In this document: one piece after another, positions 7,101 to 16,317 of the stretch
How positions within the stretch are numbered: the first letter of the stretch is position 1
How the letters are laid out: every line of letters starts with the position of its first letter
IMG/VR virus record: IMGVR_UViG_3300005941_000022
Coordinates: 1 to 31,081 of that record
Direction: 5' to 3' (one strand)
DNA length: 31,081 nt
Source of the DNA: a virus
Lineage: Duplodnaviria > Caudoviricetes
The notes under the pieces: generated by a model
What the model was told of the DNA's origin: nothing
The model's input: the letters and a program-made list of their open reading frames with translations, nothing else
Database searches by the model: none
Position numbers and translations under genes: made by a program

Positions 7101-7108
7101 TATATATC
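7101..7108 (-). promoter_or_regulatory. GATATATA putative late promoter overlapping the TGA stop of the gp3-like gene
   Basis: TGATATATA-ACGT-ATG. Confidence 0.65.
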
Positions 7109-7658
7109 AGTCTAATTCGTTAAGTAGGTTGAACTTATTGTAACTGAAGTCAACCGAGAATGTTGTAAATTCTGCCACATTCGAAGACATATTTAGTGAA
7201 AGCTCATTAATGCCTCTCATAATAGGCTTTTCAAAAACAGCACTCATAACATGAAGTCCTTCGGCATCTAGGATCTGTAACTTAATATCATCTAGATACA
7301 TTTCCTTAGTACTCCTGTCATAGTAATATAGAAGAGTATCAGTTAATATCCAATAATTAATAAAACCATCAAGTAGTTGCATCTCGATAGAGAATTCACG
7401 TGTGATTAGATTCTGAACAGGAACATAACCCCTTTTGTAAGTAATAGTACCTGGGTTAGGGTCTTGTTGTACTGGATCAAATGCAATACCTGGAACAGTA
7501 ACACCCTGGATTGAATAGTTAACGTAATCAATCGGCTCGCTAATAATATTGCCAGGCATCTTATTCAGATACGGTCTATATTTGTCAGCAACTTCTTTAG
7601 GTATAAATGTTCTTGGGAACTTTAAGTTATAAAGATTGCTCCTAGAGTTTAACATCAT
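7107..7658 (-). CDS. Tail tube terminator / tail completion protein (T4 gp3-like, tail-tube fold)
   Basis: QGVTVPGI, INYW, DIKLQILD and FTTFSVDFSY patterns; about 180 aa; near uvsY/uvsW, as in many T4-like phages. Confidence 0.65.
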   Translation of the reverse strand: MMLNSRSNLYNLKFPRTFIPKEVADKYRPYLNKMPGNIISEPIDYVNYSIQGVTVPGIAFDPVQQDPNPGTITYKRGYVPVQNLITREFSIEMQLLDGFINYWILTDTLLYYYDRSTKEMYLDDIKLQILDAEGLHVMSAVFEKPIMRGINELSLNMSSNVAEFTTFSVDFSYNKFNLLNELD

Positions 7659-9742
7659 AACGCTGAAGTGATGTTTTGTTTTGTAGCCTGAATAGGTGCA
7701 CTTACAGTTGTGTTTGCTGAAGCACCTAGTACTGTATATTTACCATGGTGGATCATAGTCTTATCTGAACCATTCTGGATTGAAAGCATATAAACATTGT
7801 CCGAAGAGTTTGCAATAGCGTTCTTTGCTTTTTGTGCATTCTCCTGTGAGATCTTGAACATGATTTCACCATCAGATAAATCAACATCATCATAGTTCAT
7901 GTTGTTATCGATTGAAACACCGGCAAGATCAAGTACAACCTTATCTGCACCTTCAAGTGAAATAGAGATTAGATCGTTACCATCTTGTTTAGCAACTTTA
8001 AATTTAATATAGTTATCAAATGGGCTAAGCGTTAGTTGGCTATTTCCATCAGAATAATATGTGATAGTAGAGTTGTCAACAACTTCGTTTTGTGAAACTG
8101 TAACACTAGTAGAACCTGTAACAATGTTCATACGCTCAATGAATGTAGGTACGAATCTTGTCTGGTTGTTTGGTAGTGTTGCAAGGTTCTGAGTAATCTG
8201 TCTGTTCTCAAGAATATTAGGCATAGTATTGTATACCTTAAGGATCTTGTTTGAAGAAGGCAGATTGATTCTTGCAAGTTTCTTACCATACTTGCCAGTT
8301 TCAAACGAAGTATAAGATGCTCTCTTTACAATTTGAGTATTATCCTTTTCATTGTAGATTCTAATTACATAGTCAATGTTGTATGAAATAGCATTAGATG
8401 CATTCTGAATAACTGGTCTAAATGGAATCGGAACATCGAAGTTTTCAACTTGAACAATGCTCATGTTATATGTAATATCCCAGTAGCTTGTGATTTGTTC
8501 ATATACTGTAATGTCATGGAATACTGTAATGTCATCACCAAGATTTTGAATTCTATTAGCAATATAAGAATCAAATGCAGTGATAGATCCATTTCTAGTT
8601 GCATATAGTTGGAAGTAGTCGCCGTCTGGTGCAGGAATAAGATTTGCTGCAATATCGTTGAACTCATCTTCTTTAGCAAGAGTTAAGGAAACTTCATCAA
8701 CTGTATTGATATAATCAAAGCCTCCAAGATCTTCTACTGATTGGATATGTTTAAATGTGATCTCATAGTTACCTAGTGGATCAACTGCATCTACACCTGT
8801 TCCAAAAAACCATGTAGCAAAGTTAGGGTCCATATCAGTAAGAGCAGGAACCTTGATCTCAATAAACTTAGAGTAAAGAGTTTCACCGATAATAAAAGGT
8901 GTTGGGTTTTGAATCTCAAATGATGATGAATTCAAATATACAATAGAAGTATAATATGAAATAACACCACTAACTCTTGGTACACCAACCTGGAATAAGA
9001 AACCTTGAAGACCTCTACCAGCAAAGTTGTATCCAGATCTTAAGTGAAGTCTTACTGTATCGTATGTAATAGTATTAGATGGAATATCTACAGCATCAGC
9101 CTGATCAATAGTAGATGAAGTTGAACCTGTCCAAGTAAGGTTATTGTCGATAAAGTTATTTGTTGAATCTAGAAGCGCATATCTAGAACCGTTGATGTCA
9201 TCGACTAGTACTGCATGGTACCTTTCAACAGTACCTGATCCAGTCTTAATATCATTACCAGTTTCTTCATCAGCAGTTGCATATAACGGATTAGCATTAC
9301 TTTGAACTGTAATAATGCCACCTAAAAGAAGTGGTGAAGAATATGCAAATGTTCCATTTGCAGTTGGATTATAAATAGCAACAGTTGTTGAAGGTACGAA
9401 ACCAGAATCGTTAATAGTAAAGTCAAGTGGATTAATTAGAGCGCTAACATCAAACTTATATGTTTTTCCAGCTTGAAGTGTTAGGGTTCTATTTGCAAAG
9501 TTCTCAATGACTAGTCTGTCAGATGCCTCTGTAACATCAAAGTTTACAACATTAGCACCTAGCTCATGAATCAAATGGCGAGAATCAGAAGCAGATGCAG
9601 TCGTATTAAGAGCTTTTACATGAGAGCCGTTATCATCGATCTCAATTTGATAGTTAACAAGTGTGCTAACATTTTGATCGTGATAAATGAACTCTAGTAG
9701 AACATCTTGGTCTAGCCTAGCGTATTTTGATGATTGTGCCAT
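7655..9742 (-). CDS. Putative virion structural protein (695 aa)
   Basis: Beta-rich, N/T/S/D-rich composition; TLTLQAGKTYKF motif; located in the tail gene cluster. Confidence 0.7.
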   Translation of the reverse strand: MAQSSKYARLDQDVLLEFIYHDQNVSTLVNYQIEIDDNGSHVKALNTTASASDSRHLIHELGANVVNFDVTEASDRLVIENFANRTLTLQAGKTYKFDVSALINPLDFTINDSGFVPSTTVAIYNPTANGTFAYSSPLLLGGIITVQSNANPLYATADEETGNDIKTGSGTVERYHAVLVDDINGSRYALLDSTNNFIDNNLTWTGSTSSTIDQADAVDIPSNTITYDTVRLHLRSGYNFAGRGLQGFLFQVGVPRVSGVISYYTSIVYLNSSSFEIQNPTPFIIGETLYSKFIEIKVPALTDMDPNFATWFFGTGVDAVDPLGNYEITFKHIQSVEDLGGFDYINTVDEVSLTLAKEDEFNDIAANLIPAPDGDYFQLYATRNGSITAFDSYIANRIQNLGDDITVFHDITVYEQITSYWDITYNMSIVQVENFDVPIPFRPVIQNASNAISYNIDYVIRIYNEKDNTQIVKRASYTSFETGKYGKKLARINLPSSNKILKVYNTMPNILENRQITQNLATLPNNQTRFVPTFIERMNIVTGSTSVTVSQNEVVDNSTITYYSDGNSQLTLSPFDNYIKFKVAKQDGNDLISISLEGADKVVLDLAGVSIDNNMNYDDVDLSDGEIMFKISQENAQKAKNAIANSSDNVYMLSIQNGSDKTMIHHGKYTVLGASANTTVSAPIQATKQNITSAL

Positions 9743-9756
9743 TTTAATTCTTTATT

Positions 9757-10518
9757 TTAAAATTGTAACCACTTAGGTGACCATCCTAACATAACACCAA
9801 CTGTCGGTGTAACTGCAAGGCCTGTCGTACCGTTAGGAATAACTCCAAGTCCAACACCGAAGTTTATATTCCAACGTGATTTTTTATTGTATGCATTTAA
9901 TTCAGCATTCACTAGAGAAACACCTTGTAAGTTGATCTCGTCGAATGGATATTTAGTACTAAGCTTTAAACTTTTCTTACCGTCTTTTTCATCAATAGAA
10001 GACCATAGGGTAATCTTCTGTTCAATATCAATTGTGCCAGTAACTTTAGTGTCAATCAATTTACCATTAACCCAAGTGTATCTGTAGTTACCATCGCCAT
10101 AATCAGCTGAATCAGCAAATGAAAATGTAGAGTCTGGGTTTAAGTTGCTATTGAAGATAATACTGTCCTTGTCTGTAATTTCAGCCTTAAGAAGTGAGTT
10201 TACTCCTTTTAGCTTTTTATTTAAATCAAGGGCTTTTGCATAATCACTAGCCAACTTTTTATTAGTTTTTATAAGTTGTTCATTAGTCATTTGAAATGCA
10301 GAGATTTCAGCAATCATGTTACCGTTTTCTTGGCGTTTAATTTCAACAGAATCTTGGCTAGCCATTAAATTAGCTTCACCTAGAGTAACTTGACCCTTAA
10401 GTTCTTTAACCTTATCGCGCAGAGATGCATTCGAGCTACATTGGCCCAAAAGAAGGAGTACAACGATCACTAGACCGATGAACGTAATATTGTCTCTATT
10501 TAATTCTAATTTGATCAT
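9757..10518 (-). CDS. Membrane-anchored coiled-coil protein with C-terminal amphipathic beta strands; spanin candidate
   Basis: Hydrophobic ITFIGLVIVVLLLLGQC, then a coiled coil, then the C-terminus RWNINFGVGLG...VGVMLGWSPKWLQF. Confidence 0.55.
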   Translation of the reverse strand: MIKLELNRDNITFIGLVIVVLLLLGQCSSNASLRDKVKELKGQVTLGEANLMASQDSVEIKRQENGNMIAEISAFQMTNEQLIKTNKKLASDYAKALDLNKKLKGVNSLLKAEITDKDSIIFNSNLNPDSTFSFADSADYGDGNYRYTWVNGKLIDTKVTGTIDIEQKITLWSSIDEKDGKKSLKLSTKYPFDEINLQGVSLVNAELNAYNKKSRWNINFGVGLGVIPNGTTGLAVTPTVGVMLGWSPKWLQF

Positions 10519-11825
10519 GGTCCTACTGGTAATGGTCCGCCACCGCCTGATGTGTCATAAGTTAGAGTTGCACTACCTAGATAGATCATGAAACCAACTA
10601 CAGTACCTGGAGGAACTACGTTTACGTTATTTACTACAGCCGACGTACCAGAAGTTCCCGTTGAAATTTGTCCAGTTGAACTAGTAACATAAGGGACATA
10701 CTTGGCAGTAGTTCCCGCTGAAATATCAGTATATGCATATCCACCACCACCAAGTGCAACATTTTTAATAACGTGACTATGTGGTGCTGCAAAACCTGTA
10801 TCAATTGCTTGAAGGGCATCCACTCTGCCCTTGTTTGTTGTAAGAGTACCATTGGCAGTATAAACTTCAGCTGAGTAACCACCAGCACCTTGCATGGCAG
10901 TATTAACAAAACCAACAGGCATTGCCTCTCTCATATCAGGAGTCTCATAAGTACCCCACGTCTGACCCCAGCAATAATACCAACCTTCCCAATCAGTACC
11001 AGCATTACCACGACCTACATAGTCAGTACCTAATATACCAGTAGAAGTCCAGTTAATATATCCATTTGCAGGATCTAGAACAAATTTAGGTACCATAACA
11101 ATAGTACCTACTGGTGTTTCATATGGTGCTGTCCAAGAAGCAACGCCAGTTGCATTCGAAGTAAGAACCTTACCGCTACCTGGACCACCAGAAGAAATTC
11201 TAAGTGTACCACTAATCAAAAGGCTTGAAGCAATTTCAGATGCTGTAGAGTCAAGTTTAATAACTTCACCTGTACCACCATTAAGAACAATAGTATCTCC
11301 GTTAAAAACATACTTTTGAGTACTAGCACCCAAAGCAGTTGGTGCCCATGTCAGTACTCTATCAACACCATCAGCAGTAATAGAAAGAGTTACAAATTCA
11401 TCAGTATTGTCAGTTCCAAATTTGGCAAGATATGGATGATCAAACTGCTTAACATATAGTAGTGCATCAGTTTCTGAACTAGTACTAAACGGATCTAATG
11501 GTGCATCGCCAAGAATAAGAGATGCGGGTTTAGAATAACCAAGAGGTGCAGTTGCATCATCTTGTCTTGGTGTATATGTAAACTTAGTACCATTGTCGTT
11601 TCTAAAGAAGTAATCTGTAGCAATGCCAGGATCTCCTTGAGGACCTGCAATACCCTGATCACCCTTATTACCCTTATTGCCTTGAGGGCCTAAGTCACCC
11701 TTAGAACCTTGAGCACCTGTAGGACCGCCACCATTAGCAACGATCTGATCGAAGTTATAATTTACCTTATCTAGATGGTCCGTTGCCGAATCAGTACTAA
11801 ATAACTCTTTAATGTTAATTGCCAT
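10515..11825 (-). CDS. Tail fibre with collagen-like repeat and tail-collar-like domain
   Basis: N-terminal DS...KVNYNFD; 11 G-X-Y triplets; GKVLTSNATGVASW; collar-like PVGTIVM...GWYYCWG...PDMR; HSH and NVVPPG near the C-terminus. Confidence 0.8.
   Translation of the reverse strand: MAINIKELFSTDSATDHLDKVNYNFDQIVANGGGPTGAQGSKGDLGPQGNKGNKGDQGIAGPQGDPGIATDYFFRNDNGTKFTYTPRQDDATAPLGYSKPASLILGDAPLDPFSTSSETDALLYVKQFDHPYLAKFGTDNTDEFVTLSITADGVDRVLTWAPTALGASTQKYVFNGDTIVLNGGTGEVIKLDSTASEIASSLLISGTLRISSGGPGSGKVLTSNATGVASWTAPYETPVGTIVMVPKFVLDPANGYINWTSTGILGTDYVGRGNAGTDWEGWYYCWGQTWGTYETPDMREAMPVGFVNTAMQGAGGYSAEVYTANGTLTTNKGRVDALQAIDTGFAAPHSHVIKNVALGGGGYAYTDISAGTTAKYVPYVTSSTGQISTGTSGTSAVVNNVNVVPPGTVVGFMIYLGSATLTYDTSGGGGPLPVGP
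11628..11726 (-). repeat. Collagen-like (Gly-X-Y)11 coding repeat
   Basis: GPT GAQ GSK GDL GPQ GNK GNK GDQ GIA GPQ GDP. Confidence 0.9.
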
Positions 11826-11826
11826 T

Positions 11827-14800
11827 TTAACTGCTTATTTTTACGTAGACATATAGCTCATGTCTAAAGCCAGGTCTTTTGTTATATATTAACCTTACAT
11901 TTAGTGGTTGTACAGGATCATATTCAAGTCTAAAACTCTTCTCCTCTACGAATGTAGTGTTTAATATTTCTTGTAGGTTTTCTGCAGAAAGAACTGCTGA
12001 TTCTACAATCTGTTTCGTCTTATTATTCCAAACTCTAATCTCTTCGATACCCATTAACTTGATAAGGTTAGCCTGGATATATTTTGTGATGTCGTCATCT
12101 AGTGATGTTTTGTCACCGTAAGAATTAGAAGCATCTACATATTTTTTAATGCTGTATCCAGCGTTGTCATCCTTTAGGATATTTACAAGATTGTTCTGTA
12201 AGTAGAAGTCCATCCAAATGTTAGAATCGTCTTCGAATGTAATAAGGTCACCTACATAGTTTCTAGCATCCTTATACGCCTTCATTTCTTCTAGAGATGT
12301 TGCCTTGATAATGTTTGAATAACTAGTAATATCATAAGCAGCTCTAGGTAGGTTTAGAGTTGATGCAATGAATGCACCCTCTTCGCTGGCCGATAGAGTT
12401 CCGAATACAAACGATCTGTTAAACTGGTTATCGTTCTTAGTATAGAAGCCATCCTCCCATGAAGATCTAAATACATTAATATCTCTTTTATCAATAGCAA
12501 CTTCACCGATTAGTGGATAAACTGGTTGGTCCTCTGTAGAGTTTGAAAGCTTAAGAATACCATCAGCCTTTTCAGGATTGATCTTATGAAAATGCATATC
12601 TTCGATAAGACCAAACTTATCATAGCCTAAATTAGTGTATGATGCAAACGCAATACCTAAACGATTATATTTGTTATATACAACTTTTTGTCTAGCCTCC
12701 TCATCAGAAAGACCAGCCCATAGTTTGTCAATCTTGTTATCTCTGTAAAGATCTGTAAATGCAATAACAGTTCTATAGTTAGGCATATAGTCACCTGCCA
12801 TTCTAACAAGCTTAACATCAATAGGAGTAGTTCTATTAGTATTAACATATCCGACAATACCACTACTAACCTTATAGCTCTGTGGTTTCTTTGAATCTGC
12901 CTCTACAACAATAGTAGATTTTTTAGTTACATGATTACCATCTTCAATGTTTAGAATAAATCTATTTGGATTGATAGTTCCACCCTCTTCAACTGTTAGG
13001 TATTCAATGTCTTCTGTATTATTAGAGTTAAACAGTTCTGCAATATATTTTGCAGACACTCTTTCAAATGTACTCTTAGCTAAATTGTAACCACCGCCTT
13101 CATAAGTAAACTGAGTACCCTGCCATACAATTGACGGTAATGAAGTAGGTGTTAATATTTGTGTATTTGTTATATCACGCAATATACCACCCGGTGCTAA
13201 AATTCTTAATGAGTTGTTGTTAAATACTTTCTCAACTGGGGCTTCCCATGTGTAACCACCATACTCAAAAGTAATAGTACTGTATGAACCTGAACTATTA
13301 ACCTGAACTTGTCTAATAAGTTCAGTGTTAAAACCTTTAACATCTAGTGAATCGCCAAAACCAACAGCAGATGAGAAATCAAGATAACCTTCAAGAGGTG
13401 TTGCCGTAGCAGTAGTACCTGAAGTATAGAAATCTCTCATGTTATACAACAACTTTCTGTTAACATATTCAACAACTTCTTCAGTAGAATTTACCTCAAC
13501 ATAAAGAGTAACTGTTTTCCACTTCTTGTTTTGAATAGCCTTATACTTGACTGAGTCTTCTGGTTCTTTACCAAGCTCAACTTGAGTCTGATAATTATTG
13601 AACACAAGAACTGAACTGAACTTATAGTTATTGAATTCAGGTGTGTTGATTAGATTTCTAGGGTTACTTTCGTTAAACTCTTTACGAGCATACATCTTAA
13701 CCTTCAATCCTCTAAACATTGTTTCAGCAGGTTGAGCAGTAGAGCCCTTAATTAGTCTTGTGTACTTTTTATTAATTACAGTTGGAACCATTTCGCCATC
13801 AACTTCAACACCCTCAAATGTAAATAGTCTGCTAAACCAATCTTCCGTAATATTTGTTAGATTATCACTAGAAAGATTGATAGACTTTTCAGGTTGAATA
13901 TAACTGTAGAAGTCTCTAATGATATCACCCATACCAGCAGCAGTTTGTGGAACTGAAGAATACTCAGGGTATCCATAAATATAGTACCATTCGTGAGTCA
14001 TTGCTTTAGGGTCTCTTCCAGAAACATTTAAGTCAGGTGCAAAGTTTGTTTTACCAAATGCCTCAGACATTGATAGGAAGTATGGCTTCTCTCTTGATGT
14101 TAAACCATTTTTATAAACCCACTTATTAATAGTAGGAACAACTCTTGAAACAATCGAAGTCTCTTTAGTATAATTCTCCTGAAGACGATCATACTCGTTA
14201 GAGATATTATTGTTAGGTGTGATTGTCGGAGTAATTGGTTGTAGGATGCCTTCAAGTTGTTTGAAGTATGTTGACCAATCCTCATTATATTTGTTAATGT
14301 CTTCTAGCTGAGAAGTATTAACATTTGTATCCTGTTCTGTTTCATGGAACAGTTCTTTTGGATCAGAGTTTTGTGTTGAGAAGAAGTTGAAATCAAAATC
14401 AATGAAATTAAATACCTCAAACTTACCAAACTCAATATAAGAATCTTTGTATAGATTTACTGATGCCTCAAAGTAAAGGTTAGTAGAAGTTTTGCCACCT
14501 AGGCAAACTCTCCATCCATCATAAAAAGGATCTTTTACGACTTCAACTATTCTAATATAATTAGCACCGTCTTTAATAAAAGTATTGTTATCAATATCAC
14601 CGATCTCTGAGTTAGGAATCAAATAACCAGTATTAACAGAAGAACCACCGACTGGATAATAAGTCAAATATGTTGCATAATCTGCAGTATCCAGGTCGAC
14701 TTTCTTAGTAACATTGTCATATTCACCAACCTCAACTTGAATAGTATTAGAAGTGTTTGTTAGATGTATTCCAAAGAAAGATCTATGAAGTCTGTTACCT

Positions 14801-16260
14801 GTTGAATAGTTCTCAATAATTAGAGAGCTGTCAACTCTAGTAATCTTAAAAGGATTGTCATCGATATTATTAAATGCAGTAAGCATTGCAAGGGCAATCT
14901 GATTAGTAGTTCCTAGATTAGAAAACTTTAAACCATCTGCCTTACCAGCGGCAACTGATGAATCAGCAAAAATAGTAAAGCCATCTTTGTTAGTTGTCGG
15001 AAGCCATTCAGTTTTTGCTGCTAGAACAAACTTCTCACCAGAATCAGGAGTTCCAGTAATATTAATTTTGAAGAAGTCTTTAACATTAGGAATAATAGAC
15101 TTAATCTCAAGGGTCTCTTTCTTTTTAATCATTCCGCCAATCACGTTAGCTGGAATACTAGGAACCTTTAATTGAAATAGTGGAATATTTTCGTTAACAA
15201 CGTTATAGAAATTATCTCTAGTTCTAACCCACTGTAATACTGGCTTGTTAAGATCCATAGTAGGCAACATAGAGATGTCTGTTAAAGACGAAGCACTTAG
15301 ATCATATTCAGTTTCAATTGTAGATATATCAACGTGTAGAATTCCTTTAGCAAACTTAGATGCTTTAAACTTACCTTCTGTATGTGCTTTAACATAGAAT
15401 CCAACATATCTGTTTACGTCATATGCTTCAACAGTTGCATCATCAAAAATAAACTCTAAGTTGATTAGGTTTGCGCAAACCATTTTGTTACGTCTAAAAC
15501 CCTCTGTAATAAATTGATTGTTTAGAATTTCTTGACGGTCAGTGACAACAAACTCGTTATACATAAACTCAGCCGAAGATGTAAAACCACCTTTAACCAA
15601 ATCAATACCATTCCAAGTTGATTTCTCACTTGATTCAAATGATACGGTTACAGGAGCATATGGAAACCTAGGATCGTTTACATAATTATCTAGATAGTTA
15701 CCAAGCTTAGAACCCTTACGCATATCAAACGTTTTGACAAGAGTTGCCTTCTTAAGCATCTGCATAATTCTAGCATTGATGCCACTTAGACCATCTGATA
15801 GATCAACCTCAGAAACAGGTTCATCGATTCGGTATACTACAAAATATTCTGGTAGATCAGATTCCAACCATAAAGGTGCCATGAATCTGATGTTGTCCTT
15901 GTAAAGCTTTGAATCATTTAACCTAGCACCATAATGGTATTGCTCTTCATACTGACTCTCATAGTCTCTGTAAACAGATAAATCAGATGTGGTTCTATAT
16001 GTTTCAAATGCCTTGTCTAATGGTGTATTCTTGTAAAACTTGGCTAGATCATAGGCATAGCTACTACCAGAATCAACTGAAACCTTTTTGTAACGTTGGT
16101 CCGATAGTACTCTATTGGCACTAATGCTGTCCATATACAAAGAACCATCCGAATCAACTACAAGCTTTACGTTAGAAGTTAGATTTGGATTCGTTCTTAA
16201 GACTACATTAGACTTATTTTCGAATGAATTAGAGTTTGCCTCAAAATTGATGTTAGCCAT
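11827..16260 (-). CDS. Large putative virion structural (baseplate/tail-associated) protein (1477 aa)
   Basis: Long intact ORF downstream of GATATATA, within the tail cluster; no family recognised. Confidence 0.75.
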   Translation of the reverse strand: MANINFEANSNSFENKSNVVLRTNPNLTSNVKLVVDSDGSLYMDSISANRVLSDQRYKKVSVDSGSSYAYDLAKFYKNTPLDKAFETYRTTSDLSVYRDYESQYEEQYHYGARLNDSKLYKDNIRFMAPLWLESDLPEYFVVYRIDEPVSEVDLSDGLSGINARIMQMLKKATLVKTFDMRKGSKLGNYLDNYVNDPRFPYAPVTVSFESSEKSTWNGIDLVKGGFTSSAEFMYNEFVVTDRQEILNNQFITEGFRRNKMVCANLINLEFIFDDATVEAYDVNRYVGFYVKAHTEGKFKASKFAKGILHVDISTIETEYDLSASSLTDISMLPTMDLNKPVLQWVRTRDNFYNVVNENIPLFQLKVPSIPANVIGGMIKKKETLEIKSIIPNVKDFFKINITGTPDSGEKFVLAAKTEWLPTTNKDGFTIFADSSVAAGKADGLKFSNLGTTNQIALAMLTAFNNIDDNPFKITRVDSSLIIENYSTGNRLHRSFFGIHLTNTSNTIQVEVGEYDNVTKKVDLDTADYATYLTYYPVGGSSVNTGYLIPNSEIGDIDNNTFIKDGANYIRIVEVVKDPFYDGWRVCLGGKTSTNLYFEASVNLYKDSYIEFGKFEVFNFIDFDFNFFSTQNSDPKELFHETEQDTNVNTSQLEDINKYNEDWSTYFKQLEGILQPITPTITPNNNISNEYDRLQENYTKETSIVSRVVPTINKWVYKNGLTSREKPYFLSMSEAFGKTNFAPDLNVSGRDPKAMTHEWYYIYGYPEYSSVPQTAAGMGDIIRDFYSYIQPEKSINLSSDNLTNITEDWFSRLFTFEGVEVDGEMVPTVINKKYTRLIKGSTAQPAETMFRGLKVKMYARKEFNESNPRNLINTPEFNNYKFSSVLVFNNYQTQVELGKEPEDSVKYKAIQNKKWKTVTLYVEVNSTEEVVEYVNRKLLYNMRDFYTSGTTATATPLEGYLDFSSAVGFGDSLDVKGFNTELIRQVQVNSSGSYSTITFEYGGYTWEAPVEKVFNNNSLRILAPGGILRDITNTQILTPTSLPSIVWQGTQFTYEGGGYNLAKSTFERVSAKYIAELFNSNNTEDIEYLTVEEGGTINPNRFILNIEDGNHVTKKSTIVVEADSKKPQSYKVSSGIVGYVNTNRTTPIDVKLVRMAGDYMPNYRTVIAFTDLYRDNKIDKLWAGLSDEEARQKVVYNKYNRLGIAFASYTNLGYDKFGLIEDMHFHKINPEKADGILKLSNSTEDQPVYPLIGEVAIDKRDINVFRSSWEDGFYTKNDNQFNRSFVFGTLSASEEGAFIASTLNLPRAAYDITSYSNIIKATSLEEMKAYKDARNYVGDLITFEDDSNIWMDFYLQNNLVNILKDDNAGYSIKKYVDASNSYGDKTSLDDDITKYIQANLIKLMGIEEIRVWNNKTKQIVESAVLSAENLQEILNTTFVEEKSFRLEYDPVQPLNVRLIYNKRPGFRHELYVYVKISS

Positions 16261-16290
16261 TAAACGAGTTATATTATTAAGCGCTTAGCT

Positions 16291-16298
16291 TATATATC
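16291..16298 (-). promoter_or_regulatory. GATATATA putative late promoter flanked by palindromes
   Basis: Intergenic, 30 nt upstream of ATG 16260. Confidence 0.65.
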
Positions 16299-16317
16299 CC
16301 CTGCTCCAGGCGCGCCT

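Noticed and set aside
10515-11825. Diversity-generating retroelement target or invertible tail-fibre cassette
   Set aside because: No template/variable repeat pair, reverse transcriptase, invertase or flanking inverted repeats were seen in the window.
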